This document shows positions 27,202 to 42,165 of a DNA stretch of 64,000 nucleotides, one piece after another. The translations under genes and the position numbers were made by a program. Positions within the stretch are counted from its first letter, which is position 1. Every line of letters begins with the position of its first letter. Origin of the DNA: Eledone cirrhosa. Lineage: Eukaryota. Where the stretch lies: NCBI GenBank assembly GCA_964016885.1, contig OZ024743.1:53568001-53632000 (forward strand), given 5' to 3'. A model generated the notes under the pieces. It did not search any database, had not been told where the DNA came from, and saw nothing but the letters and a program-made list of their open reading frames with translations.

Positions 27202-28703
27202 CATTCTTCCTCTTTATCTCTGCTATAATTTCGCACTTTCCGGGGTCACTAAAGTAATGCATCAGTCAAGTATATATTAGGGGGCGTCAATATAATCGAC
27301 TCTCTCCCACCCTACCCCTAATATAATCGACTCTCTCCGACCCCCCCCCCCAATATAATCGACTCTCTCCGATCTCACCTCCAAAAGTTGTTGGCTTTAC
27401 GCCAAAATTAGAAACCATTGTTTAAATCCTCTCTATCTGTGAAATATTCTTTCTAATTATTTTTCTCTCTCTTTCTCTCTTTGCTTTTGTATTTATCTCT
27501 TTCATTCTCTATTTCTCACTCCCTTTCTTTCTCCCTCTCTATATTTGTATCTTCATCTTCCTGTATTTGGGTTTTATTCCCCCCCCCCTCTCATCTTCTC
27601 TATCTACTTCATTCTGTCTTACTATATTCCTCTCTGTCTTTTCCCTCCCTTCCATATCTTCCTCTTGTTATTCATCCTGTCTCTGTTTTAGTCTCTCACC
27701 TTTACCATTCCGGCTCCTCTTGTCTCAATACAACTTCACATCCATATTTCAGCACCATCTGATTTATCAAAGATTATTCTAAAAAACAGAATCGTTATCT
27801 GAGATGGTAAACAAAGTTTGGGGTTCTCAGCAGTGAATAATATCCCAAAGGACCAGATAAACCTGATGATATGTATTTTACTGTGGTTCTCAGATTGTTC
27901 TCAACGTTCACCATGATGGTGTTGTTGGACCTCCGTCAGTTCCGATGACGAATGTTCTAGTTGTTTCATAAACGGAACTGACTGCTAATAAAATTAACAT
28001 GTAAGAGGCTGAGCATTCCACAGACACCGGTAACCTTAATGCTGTGAACAATCTGAGAACCACAGTAAAATACATATCATCAGGTTTATCTGGTCCTTTG
28101 GGATATTATTCACTGCTGAGAAATTCTCCGTGACCCAATGTGTGACAAGGCTTGGTACATTCAAGTACAGGTATAACTCATTTCCATTTGCGAGTACTAG
28201 AGCAATGTGAAATAAAGTGTATTTCTCGATGAAATTCGAACTCATGACCTTTCGATCATGCCGAACACGCTAACCACCGAGCCACGCGTTGCACTGTAAA
28301 TCATACAAGGAATGTTAGTCGTCATTTAGATTTAAATAAGTACAAAATCCTCTCATATTTTCAAGAATAGTGTACGCCGTACTATATTATTCACTGTCAT
28401 TTATATGACGGTAGTGGTTTAAAGGAAGACTGACTGTTATACCTTGCTAGTTGAGAGACCACGTAATGGTGTCCTTGTTGGCATATTGAAGAGTAGTTAC
28501 TGGAATTGATGGCTAAATCATTTTGTACCATGAAATGAAATTCTTCTTTTGCTGCTTAGTTATGGAAGGAAGGACAATACGTAAGGTGATTTTTAGGGTT
28601 TCTGAGACTGTTGGGAAGATGGGAAGGAGGAAGGTATCCTCAAACCGGGGGCCTGGTCTAAATGCTTGCAAAAGACTGGACGCTGTTACAGACAACAGAG
28701 AGC

Positions 28704-28788
<85 letters not shown>

Positions 28789-29720
28789 GGTGGCGTTAAA
28801 CAGGGTCATGCACCCAGGTAGAGAATAATGTCTCTAAATGTTACGTTTCTCCACTTCAAATCTTGTGTATATGTAAAGAAAAGAATAGGGTGCTCTTCAA
28901 TCATGGCCAATCATTGGTTATGTATTCCTCACCTACTCATCATGGGTTGGATCACCGAGGTATAGGCCAGGGCATGGTGCTTTTGTGGAAGACTAGCAGT
29001 GACCCATACATGCAAATCTCACTTTCCATGCTACCGTTGCTCTCCAAGGAAAAGGTAAAGGCCGATACAGTCTGGCACCAGTGCTGTCGAAACTTATATT
29101 ACTCTAGTACTCTATTACGTGTTCCAGCCGAGAGGCTGAGGCCATGCTGGGGCACCAACATTATACACACTTTATATACACTATATACTCTAAATACAGG
29201 GAATTGAACTCATGACCATACTATTGTAAACCTGGCATCCTAACTACTAAATCACATGCCTTTACAGCTAAAAAATGTCCTACTGATAGTAGGTCATATA
29301 ACCAACTAGATGTTTCTTACTTAACATTATACATTTGTTTATCACCTTTCAGTCTGTGTTCTAGCGTCTCCGATCACAGTGATACTTTGTGACAATGAAG
29401 GATCATTGAGCACAAACATTTGTATTCCCTTGCTGCCAGTGATCAGAGCCTACACACCTACACACACACAGGCAAACGCACATAGATACACACATACACA
29501 CAAACACAAACACACATTAACACGATCCTTCCTCAACTACACCTCGTTGTATACATCGTACAGTCTGCTTTATAATCTCTGGTGACCCCTCTGTTGACCC
29601 CAGCAGTATTTACGTAGTTGGTCCAGGCGAACAAACGAGAGAGCCTCAACGTGGGTGTTCAACTCCCTTGTAAAAGCAACCATATATATTTCTCAAACCG
29701 TTACCTACTACTACAACAAT

Positions 29721-29787
<67 letters not shown>

Positions 29788-29858
29788 GCTACTACTACTA
29801 CTACAACACATATGTACCTACATACATGTATACATACACACAAGTATATATATACATA

Positions 29859-29995
29859 TATAACAAAGGAGGTGTGGTAAGATACCAGGTGGACCATAAC
29901 GCACCAGAGTACTCAATACTTAGGGTAGTAGAATGGATAATAAGAAAAGAGTCAAGACTCCGACGGCTGAGCTCCGGTCTTGACTCTTTTCCTAT
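29859..29995 (-). mobile_element. Fold-back pLTR fragment of the 13078 PLE family
   Basis: Same tail sequence; turns back at the gagctc palindrome; ends ttcctat(ata). Confidence 0.8.
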
Positions 29996-30003
29996 ATATA
30001 TAT

Positions 30004-30172
30004 GGGAACGAACGAGAGATACAAGAACACACGCCTTGTCCGTTCCCTTGTCGTTTCGCTTTGGATTACCTTGGGAACGTAACCGTATTATGTAAGAAGC
30101 TGTCTGGTGTGTGTCCACTGTCGTCATTGAAATATGTATCACAGCATTATCAATAAAGACTTCGCATTTTCT

Positions 30173-30178
<6 letters not shown>
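30004..30178 (+). mobile_element. PLE/retrozyme-type fragment with internally deleted HHR
   Basis: Homologous to 47033-47260 (minus strand) but most of CUGAUGA and the stem II 5' strand are missing. Confidence 0.65.
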
Positions 30179-30242
<64 letters not shown>

Positions 30243-31114
30243 ATATATATATATGTCTATCTATTCTTACTTCCTCTCTCCCACTACACACACACAAACA
30301 CACACACCCACTCTATATACATCCCTGTGTATCTCTTCCGCCTTCGTCCCAGGAAGTAGTCTTAATTCTTTTAACCTCCTCTCCCAGTAGCTCATCTCTT
30401 TTACTGAGGCAATCTTCTTGGTGTGACTTCGTTGGGTTATTTCAAGTTCCGCAGCTGTGGGATTAACAAAGCTAAGAACAATAGTCCAAGTGGGTAAGGA
30501 GAAATGACTTCCAAAGGACCAACATAGTTTTCAGGTTTCTTATCCGGAAAGACCTCAGTGCCCCTCTTGGCAATCATCTGCATATGACTGCCTTCTTAGT
30601 GATATAGGCGTTAAACGAGGCACCATCGCTCATATCAATTCTTAGGTTATGCATTGAACTTGACTCTTAAATTTCAACTTATTCCTGGTCCAGAATAACT
30701 TTGTAGTAGGGAGTTGATAGTAAGATAACTATAGTAGAAATCATTATTATTATTATTGTGTAATTATTTCTAACATTGGTATAAAGCCAGCAAATTTTTT
30801 GGGTGGTGGGGTTGATTGAGTGTATTTTCCCCCAGTATTTTCCGGCTTGAAACTGCATATTGTGATCTTCGGACCGTTTGTATATGACATCTAAATCTCG
30901 CTGTAAGAGAGTAGCATCAGCAGCATTTTTGATGTTCTTGATGCTACTTTCGTATCGTCAGCAACTTGTGACATATTATTTCCTGATCAACCTTATGTCA
31001 CATCCACATTTCAACGGTATTGCGGTGGTTTCATTATCCAGTCATAATGCTGTATAAGCTATGTAAACAACTTCCGGGACGGGTGCAATTCTTGGTCATT
31101 ATTTTACAGAAATC

Positions 31115-31395
31115 GGTGGATTGGCAGTATCGGTAGAGGGTCAGACGCCATGCTTTCCAGCATAGTTACGTCCCTTTACGATCTGAGTTCAAATCCCGCC
31201 GACGTTGACTTTGCCTTTCATCCTTACGGGGTCGATAAAATAAAGTACCAGTAATGCACTGGTTAATTGCTGGCCTTGTGCCTAAAGTAGAAACAATTAT
31301 TTTACAGAAATCATCCTTACGGGGTCGAGAAAATAAAGTACCAGTAATACACTGGATAATTGCTGGCCTTGTTCCAAAAGTAGAAACAATTATTT
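31115..31395 (+). mobile_element. SINE family A plus duplicated 3' part
   Basis: Matches the family consensus; other copies at 25895, 35785, 46279, 58897, 59180 and 60610. Confidence 0.85.
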
Positions 31396-31812
31396 AACAG
31401 AAATGTGATCAGTTTTCTTCTGGTAATTATTTCAATGACTTTCTTTATATGTGAGGTCAGAAAGATAGGCTTGCAATTTTTAGAGTCTCCTCTTCCTCTT
31501 TTATAGATTGAAGAGTTTGTCACATGCGGGGAAATCTGGAAAAAGGTAGAGATTTTCTTTTGGAATGGTAGTTTAAAAAATAGAACTTAAAATAATCTTA
31601 ACCATCTATTCTTTTTACCCATCACAAAACTTTACGTCTCTCGGTGGCGACCACTGATCCTTGTTTTCTTTCCTTAAGGGTATTTTATCCGATATCCATA
31701 GTGTTGCCATTGACGGCATTCATCTGTTGGAGTTGTCAATTTTTTCTATGAATTCAAACATTGGATAAATAACCTATCAATTCGTGTATGAATGTATATA
31801 TGTTTGCACAAA

Positions 31813-31913
<101 letters not shown>

Positions 31914-32032
31914 AAGTTGCGTGTAAATGTGTATAAGTGTGTGTAAATGTGTGCAAGTGTGTGTGTGTGTGTGTGCATTCATATATACATTCATACACGT
32001 ATAGATAACTCAATTACCTAATATTTGAATAT

Positions 32033-32106
<74 letters not shown>

Positions 32107-32281
32107 AGAGAGAGAGAAGGAGAAAGAAAGATCCTAATCGCGGCGGCGCAAAGCGGTTTCGCTTGGCGCCGCAGTCGTGATTTTACATACTCACCTTGCA
32201 TCTCCCCATGCAGTGAGTATTCTCCCATCATGATTAGTGGCTTCCCCAGTCTCAGCACCAAAGACTCTCTTTCTTTCTCTC

Positions 32282-32316
<35 letters not shown>

Positions 32317-32331
32317 ATCTCTATCTCTATA

Positions 32332-32401
<70 letters not shown>

Positions 32402-32439
32402 GATTGAGAGAGAGAGAGAGAAAGAAAGAGAGTGTTTGG

Positions 32440-32544
32440 TGTCCCAATAACTTACTTTAGTTATTGTTCGCACTGACTTTGAGGTATCTGGTCTTTAATG
32501 CGAAGAAATACTGATAATAGTCAGAAGATCACTGATGATGGACA
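32440..32544 (+). ncRNA. Candidate re-ordered (pseudoknotted) hammerhead-like RNA with kink-turn, copy 1
   Basis: ggtaUC 32483-88, stem I tggtcttt/gaagatca, GAAA 32505-08, CUGAUGA 32532-38; see findings. Confidence 0.55.
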
Positions 32545-32962
32545 GTCCTGTTTCTTGCTCTATTTTTCATTCATATGTATCACATTCGCAACAACGCAAC
32601 ACGCCATTTTTCATTCCTATAATTTTCCCCCTCGCTGCTATCTTCTTTCTCTCTCCCCTCTCTCTCCTTGTACCTCTTATTTTCATTCACCCCTCTGCTA
32701 GTCACACTCTCTCGGCTGGCCTCTTCCTCACACTTTCACTCACTCCCTCCCTCTCTGCTACTCCTCCGCTCTCACCTCCTCCCGTCTGACCTGTGTGAAA
32801 TCCTTTTCTCGCTCACTTTCGCAGGGTTCGGACGCGTCTGTCGTCTTCTCGTCATTGATTTGCTAGAACTTAAGTTCACATGTATCACCGACTTGTTTTC
32901 TGGCGTGCTGCGTTGTTGCGAATGTGATACATATGAATGAAAAATAGAGCAAGAAACAGGAC

Positions 32963-33067
32963 TGTCCATCATCAGTGATCTTCAGACTATCATCGGTATT
33001 TCTTCGCATTAAAGACCAGATACCTCAAAGTCAGTGCGAGCAATAATTAAACTTAATTATTGGGACA
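32963..33067 (-). ncRNA. Candidate re-ordered hammerhead-like RNA, copy 2 (best preserved)
   Basis: All helices, the core and the k-turn GA/GA are intact; predicted C17 at 33019. Confidence 0.6.
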
Positions 33068-33249
33068 CAAAGAATGGGTGGAGAAATAGAGACATGTAAA
33101 CAAACAAAAATGGTAACGCAACGTAAGGATAGGAAATTGAGAAAACAAGTCGATGATACATGTGAACTTAAGTTCTAGCAAATCAATGACGAGAAGACGA
33201 CAGACGCGTCCGAACCCTGCGAAAGTGAGCGAGAAAAGGATTTCACACA

Positions 33250-33334
<85 letters not shown>

Positions 33335-33714
33335 TATGCATGTGTGCGCGTGTATACTTTGCTGCATAGTTACAGCAACCCGATAAGTGTCAATTCTCTA
33401 ATAAGTTAATCAATGAGAAAACTGTTCATAATTAACTGAGAATCCTTCTGAATGAAAGATGTTAGTGGTTGGAAAAAGTCATTAGAAAGCTAGAAAGTTC
33501 TAACGAACGGAAACGACTGTCAATTGAGATTAATTTAAACGCCATTTTGTTGTCATAAATTAGACAGGGACAGAAAATGAAAAAAAAATATATGTGAAAT
33601 ATCTGTGTCATTGTTGGCATCAATTTCTGTATAACATTTCATCACATTTTTCACAGTTGTCTGCTGCTAATAGTGTATATATATATATGCTGTGTGTATC
33701 TCTGTATATATATA

Positions 33715-33870
<156 letters not shown>

Positions 33871-33902
33871 TGTGTATGTGTGTCTGTGTGTGTTTGTATG
33901 TA

Positions 33903-33958
<56 letters not shown>

Positions 33959-34067
33959 TAGACACAAACACACACAGACACACACACATATATATATATA
34001 TATATGTGTGTTTGTGTGCGTGTGTGTGTGTGTCTGTGTGTGTTTGTGTTTGTGTGTATCTGTATAC

Positions 34068-34153
<86 letters not shown>

Positions 34154-34172
34154 CAGTGTTTGTCTGTGTGTA

Positions 34173-34231
<59 letters not shown>

Positions 34232-34269
34232 ATGTGTGCGTGTCAGTATGTGTTTGTGTGTATCTGTAT

Positions 34270-34343
<74 letters not shown>

Positions 34344-34358
34344 ATATATATGTATATA

Positions 34359-34437
<79 letters not shown>

Positions 34438-34613
34438 GTGTGTGTGAGGGAGGATACACACATATATTATGCGTGTCTGTATTAATCTATGTATTTATCT
34501 TTTTATCTAAGTCTCTGTCTTGACTAAAAAATAATAAATAATAAAAAAAAACATATCTATACACACACATATGTATATGTAAATATGTATGTATGTATAT
34601 ATATAAGTATGTG

Positions 34614-34667
<54 letters not shown>

Positions 34668-36243
34668 GAGAGTGAAAGAGAGAGAGAGAGTGAGAGAAAA
34701 GGGGTGGAGAACACGGAAGGGAAAGACAGACAATATAGAAGACATAGTTCTAGTACAGTCGATTCCGCTTAACTGCATACCGCATAATTGTATAAATTGG
34801 TGAATTGTATAACATTTCTAAACATCAATCTGTGTAACAAAATAGCTCTATAAAATTGATCAGTAAGTTGTATATTCAAATGACATTAATTTCGGTCAAT
34901 TGCATAAGATTTGTTTCCAATTTTTAGTAAAATATTAGAGAAATGAAGCATAAAATTGACAATACTTTGATGTGATATGGAGGCTGGACAGAGGAAAAGG
35001 GAAAGAAATGGTGTGCTTATTGTGTGTGTCAGTAATAGGTAGAATCGAAAATGCCAGAGAGGAATGGCTTGCAGGAAAATTATACATACAAATAGATATA
35101 TGCAAATTAATACTTCTATTACAGAATAATACTAAGAGTATATGTTTCCTTGTGGTTGTTTGGATGATATACATATCTTCTGTTGGGGGACAATTTAGGT
35201 CTGAAAATCGATTGAAGGTGTTTATCATTTTTTCGATTTACAGGGAAATTCGTATTTTCTGGAATGTTTACGTGTCTACATATTAAATATGTTTCAGTTT
35301 TCCACTCTGTATGTAAACAGATATAACTTTATCATATAAATAGAATCTCGTATTATGAAAAACTTCAATCAACTGAGTCTATCAGTCTAAAAGTTTCCGA
35401 AAGATTTGGATCAGTTCAGATTATGGAGTTCTCTGGATTGATTTTCATTATGTGAACAGCTCAAAAAGGAATTTTGGTTTTGAAATTCCAATAGCTTCAA
35501 TTGATTAAAACTGGATACTCATCATACCTCTTTCCAAATAAATTTAAATAGAGAGCCTCTTAAAAAGAAAAAAGAAATAAATTAGATCCTCCAGTAAACA
35601 TTTCGTTCTATCAGATAAAACTAACAATCTCTATGAACTCGATCCCACCACCCACAGCCAATTACATACATACATATATATATATGTGTGTGTGTGTGTG
35701 CGTGTGCGTACGCGTGTGTATGGGTGTGTGTATGTGTGTGTATACACGAAATGTGTGAGCCCAGTGCAAATGAGTATAATAATTATTTCTACTTTTGGCA
35801 CAAGGCCAGCAATTATCCCAGTGCAATTATCCCTGCTGCTTTATTTTATCGACCCCGTAAGGATGAAAGGCAAAATTAACCTCGGCGAGATTTGAAATCA
35901 GATCATAAAGGGCCGTAACTCCATGCTACAAAGCATGGCGTCCGAACCTCTACCGATACTGCGAATCCACCACCCTAAAAATATATGTTAGGAGTATAAT
36001 AATAGTCGATTACTATAAGTAGTAGTTTAGAAAATCTGGTAAATTACCCTAGGAGATGGAAACGAGTGGTCAGAGACCTCTGTGAGGAATCTAAACATAC
36101 ATCTCTCGGATGTCGGGCGAATGTGTTATACACTACACTAAAAAGATACTAGCCATCAATTTTAAAAAGACGGAATCGTTGGCAAACTGTTCTTTAGCAT
36201 GGTTAACATACACGCACATCACTTGAGGGAGGTCTATATAAGT

Positions 36244-36329
<86 letters not shown>

Positions 36330-36644
36330 TGTATATATATACCTCTCTCAGGTGATGTGCATGTGCGTTAACCACGCTAAAGAACAGTATATATATATAT
36401 ATATATAAACAAACCACATGTGGTTTAGAAGATGGTGGCAATTAGAGTTTCAAAATTGAATTGAACTAGCTGCTTGTACCCGTTTTTGTCCGTTATGTTG
36501 GCTTATACACACCGTTATTAAACTATTTTCTGTAGTAAAAAAAATACTGTGAAAGCTGCTAATTCAATTCTATTTTCAAATATATATATATACATACATT
36601 ACATACATACATACCTGCATACATACATATATATATATATATAT

Positions 36645-36714
<70 letters not shown>

Positions 36715-37281
36715 ATATATATATATAAATATGTATACTTACTTACATACATTTATACATACAAGGATATATACAGTCATACATATATATGCTCAAAAAT
36801 ACATTATGTACATACAGACGTACATTCTGATGTGAGACTAGATAGATTTACGGCCCAATCTATTCGTTTCATATTAGAACGCCGTTCACGCCGGAGCAGA
36901 CTTGCATAAAACAGCAATGGCTTCTTAACCAATAAATCTCTCTGTTTCCATCGTTTTTGGCGGCCATTAACATACGTTAAGCGCAATTAAAGTGTATTTT
37001 CAATAGACAGCTAATAAATCACTCTACAAATGACTTTTGGCTCTGCTGTCGTTGCTATCGTGGCTAGTAGCTGCCCTGCCTTCTACCCTGCTACGTCTCA
37101 GTGTGTATCTGTGCATGTGTGTGTGTGTGTGTATGTGTATGTGTGAGAGAGAGAGAGAGAGGGAGAGAGAGAGAGAGTGAGTGTGTGAGAGAGATAGAGA
37201 GTGTGTGTTACTGAATGTGTTTGCGGGTTTGTTGCATGTGTTTATTTATGTGTGCCTGTATGTCTGTATCTGTGGGATATG

Positions 37282-37327
<46 letters not shown>

Positions 37328-37399
37328 TATATATATATAAAAATATATATATATATACACATCCATATCCCACAGATACAGATATGCAGGCACACATAA

Positions 37400-37502
<103 letters not shown>

Positions 37503-37622
37503 TATGTATTTATGTCCATATATGTATATACACACGCAGAAAGACACACATATAGACAAATGTGTGTGTGTGAGGGTGATACGTAGTGTACGTGTCCATA
37601 TGTAAATATATATAAACTCTCT

Positions 37623-37665
<43 letters not shown>

Positions 37666-37816
37666 GGACATTTATCTATATATCTATTTATCTATATATC
37701 TATATATATCCTGGGGGTTTTTTTCTATCACAAGTATACCAACAATCCGACCACTGTATGTCTGAATGTGGGCATCCACTTGCATATGAATACATATATA
37801 TTTTTATATACATACA

Positions 37817-37852
<36 letters not shown>

Positions 37853-37995
37853 CTTGCATATATATATTTGTAAGTATGTATGTATGCATGTATGTATGCA
37901 TGTATGTATATATATTATATATATATATATATTTTATACACATATATACATACAGACATACATATATATATATATGTATACATACATATTTATGT

Positions 37996-38378
<383 letters not shown>

Positions 38379-39089
38379 AGTAAAAGTTACCGAGAATCGA
38401 ATTTCAGCCGATGAAATAACGAAAAAACACTTTCGAATTGTGAGACAAGCGCTCAATAATTCAAAAGAATTAGAGCTTACAACTTACGTTAAAGGCCAAG
38501 CACACTGAGATGGTGGTTAAACTAATTATCCTCACAGCGAAGATTCGATCTCCTATTTCGGGTCAAACAGATATACAGATATAAAAATATATGAAAGCAT
38601 AAATGTTTTATACTCACCCGGACCCCTGGAATGATGGTAAAGTCCAGTGTTGGAGTTTCTGCGACTCCATAAGTCATTTACTGTCCACTTACATATAGGA
38701 TGTTAAGTTTCTCGTATCCTGACTGAACTAGGAGTACGCGTTATCAACGGAATTCAGTTCGAAAGACCACATAGATGTGTCTGTAACTGACCCCACGTGG
38801 GGTTCAGCAAGGGAGGCAACACCTAAATTAGGCGAATGAATTCATCTGTGTATAATATTGCGAAAATGCAAAATATATAAATATATATATATATATATTT
38901 AATACAATAACAGAGATAGTTTAAAGCTAAACTCTGACTGGTAACCATCTCACTCAACAAACATTAGGTTATATTTAAATATAAACCCAATTTAAGTGTT
39001 TGGGGTGCTAATAATATGTATAATGTGGAAAAACCAGTTGTATTATTTTATGAGATATAATTAAAGTTAAAGTACATATATATATATAT

Positions 39090-39215
<126 letters not shown>

Positions 39216-39238
39216 GTATATACATATATATATATATA

Positions 39239-39426
39239 TGACGAAGGAGTTGTGGTAAGGAACTAGATGGACCATAACGCACCAGAGTACTCAATACTTA
39301 GGGTAGTAGAGTGGGTAATAGGAAAATGAATGACCCCGACGGCAGAGCTCAAGCCGTTTCGACGGCTATTTCTGGTCCAGAAATAGCCGTCGAAACGGCT
39401 TGAGCTCTGCCGTCGGGGTCATACAT

Positions 39427-39433
<7 letters not shown>
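39239..39433 (-). mobile_element. Fold-back pLTR fragment of the 13078 PLE family
   Basis: Tail plus arms turning at tttctgg|tccagaaa. Confidence 0.85.
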
Positions 39434-39517
<84 letters not shown>

Positions 39518-39531
39518 TATATATATATATA

Positions 39532-40000
39532 CTGTTATACTTGGGAGGGTCATATTTGTGTAATATTGCCAGAATTAATAACAGAACACACTCACTGTTT
39601 GGTTGGTTTTCGCTTGTGTGTCTTTTATATCGGTTAATTTAATTTATTCGGTCCTCAATATTACCATTGACTGACCAACGGTCAAAAATACAGATACAAT
39701 ATAGACACAAACACATATATATAGTCTATCAAAGTTCTTTCGTTGCACATCTGCAACATCGTCAGTGTTACTATTATGTTTCCTCCCGTTGCCTTGTATG
39801 CTAACGCCATCTTTATTTAGTCTGTTTATCCATTTATTTATTTGTTTATTTTTTTTTTCTTCTCTGCGCATACGTTTGCGTGTGTGTATAGTGTTTTGTT
39901 TGATGTGTGTTCTTGTTTGGGTGACTGTGTATTAGTTAATGTATTCTATCTTAGTTTACTAGTGTGTGTTTATATGTTTGTTGTTATTGTGCTTGCGTAT

Positions 40001-40043
<43 letters not shown>

Positions 40044-40105
40044 TACTTCTCTTAGGTCAGTGTTGTTGTTATTCCATTCATTTTTTTCTGTTTAGCCTTG
40101 GCCTT
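39532..40105 (-). mobile_element. 3' pLTR fragment of the second PLE family, with HHR-like motif at 39721-39774
   Basis: Homologous to 47270-47920; ca CUGACGA t gttgca-gatg-tgcaac GAAA gaac UU tg. Confidence 0.8.
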
Positions 40106-40106
40106 C

Positions 40107-40147
<41 letters not shown>

Positions 40148-40149
<2 letters not shown>

Positions 40150-40476
40150 TGAAAAATGGAACGGGAACAAAACAGAGAGGCAGTACAAACAAAGGTTTAT
40201 TAGTTTCACACTCTTGAGAGTGGATTGGGGGAAGACGTTTCGGGCATAAGCTCTTCTTCAGGAGAAAAGTGGATCGGAAGAGAGTTCCGATGGTGTGTGG
40301 GGGCGTGGTGGAGAGACATTTAGAAGGGGGGGGGGGCGTTGGAAGGGTTACAAATAAAAATAAAAATAAACATGAAGATAAACAAGTGGTGGAAGGGTGT
40401 GAGGCGTGTAGGGGTGGTGGCGGGTGGAGTGGGGAGGGGGAAGCGGGGTGTCCGAGCGGGGAGGACTCAAGGTGGT
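40148..40476 (-). mobile_element. PLE-type 3' fragment with degenerate minimal HHR (40230-40266)
   Basis: CUGAAGA a gagc-ttat-gccc GAAA cg UC; stem I partner not evident. Confidence 0.5.
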
Positions 40477-40602
40477 GTATATATACATATATATACACAC
40501 ACACATATATATATATCTATATATATATATATATATATAGATAGATATATATATACCTATATATATCTATATATATATCTATATAAATATATACATATAT
40601 AT

Positions 40603-40679
<77 letters not shown>

Positions 40680-40766
40680 TATACACACACAAACATATAT
40701 ATGTATATATATATATACAAATATATATATATATACAAATATATATATATATATATATACTCATAT

Positions 40767-40821
<55 letters not shown>

Positions 40822-41131
40822 ACATATATATACATATATATATATATACATATATATATGTATATATATATATACTTATATATATGTGTGTGTGTATATA
40901 TATATATACATATGTATACCTACATATATGTATAGTTATACCTCAATGTTTTCTGTTTATATGTTTGCATGTTAGTGTTCGTTTTCTTCGTTGTCTATTA
41001 TCCAAATCTATATATAAGAACATCTTAGTAGTCAGTTTCATGTTTCACTCGCTATGTAAATTACTCTCTCGTTTTCTCTCAGGTGCTCCCCTTCATCCAC
41101 CACAAAATTCCCAGTTTACACTCTCTTACCA

Positions 41132-41207
<76 letters not shown>

Positions 41208-41208
<1 letters not shown>

Positions 41209-41370
41209 GTGGCGCCTCCCCCCTATTGGGGATTTCGATTGTTGAAATTGTTTGTTTTTATATTTTTTACACGACTGTATGTAAAATCCCCGGCATGTCT
41301 TTGTATTGTCCCCTTTCTTGTTGCGCCCTTGTGGCTAATAAAGAAATCTATCTATCTATCTATTTATATA

Positions 41371-41406
<36 letters not shown>

Positions 41407-42109
41407 TAGGGACCCCGCCAAAAAGATCTGTCCCAGATGCGTGTGCGACGAGGAAACCGTTGCACACGCATTGGTACACTGCTCGGGCGTAGCCGATCTG
41501 TGGGGCTATGTCGAACAACTGCTGTCAAGGGTGGGACCGATCCGGTTGACCACCGAGTCTATTGTAATGATCAAGCCGCCTCCCCCCTTCAAAGATGATG
41601 CAGAGGCGGTGTTTCTGTGCGTAATAGCCATGGCGAAAGAGGTTGTATGGTGGACGCGTCTGAAAGGACTGAGGTCAGGCACCTTTCTCTCTGGCCAACA
41701 ACTGGTCCGTTTCTTCCGATATCATTTCGGAAGAAGGATCAGGATGGAGAGAGAGGTGCTGCACCCCAGCCGTTTCTATGAAAGATGGGTGAAAGTGGCG
41801 AGAATGGCCCGTGTGAATGGGCCTTCACTCTACATCAGACTATAGGTGAGGAAGATGAAAGACCAAGGGAGCACCCCTTCTCTGTGCTCCTGAGGAGAAG
41901 GGTTGCACACTTTTTTCGGGGGTGTGTGCGACCCCCCAAGGCGCCTCCTCTCTATTGAGGATTTTGTTAAAAATTTTATTTTTTGTTATATCTTATTTTA
42001 TTTTTATATTTTGTTATTGCCTCCTCCTTATTGAGGACGCCTTTTTGTGTAAACTCCCCCCTTTGTACTTGTCCCACTTTTGATGCCCTAGTGGCAAATA
42101 AAAGAAACA

Positions 42110-42165
<56 letters not shown>

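Larger units (their letters stand above)
32439..33250. mobile_element. Inverted pair of circularly permuted copies of a ~535-nt non-coding unit
   Basis: 32440-32606 is the inverse of 32901-33067; 32791-32901 is the inverse of 33139-33250; arms meet at 32901; flanked by microsatellites. Confidence 0.75.

Noticed and set aside
27286-27372. Three caatataatcgactctctcc repeats resembling a CRISPR array
   Set aside because: About 31-bp minisatellite with similar C-rich spacers, in eukaryotic DNA with no cas genes.
27865-27880. ctgatga within the 77-bp inverted repeat
   Set aside because: No GAAA or stem architecture nearby.
32975-33030. Opposite-strand peptide VIFRLSSVFLRIKDQIP (VFQPS*AFHRFKDHIP at ~57465), resembling a PLE pre-endonuclease motif
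   Set aside because: A stop codon and a 1-nt indel separate the families, no downstream GIY-YIG motifs occur at the expected spacing, and base-pair covariation explains the conservation better. Kept only as an alternative hypothesis.
38680-38760. Possible UUGAUAA hammerhead on the minus strand
   Set aside because: Stem II closing pair is mismatched, position 17 is G, and there is no stem I partner.
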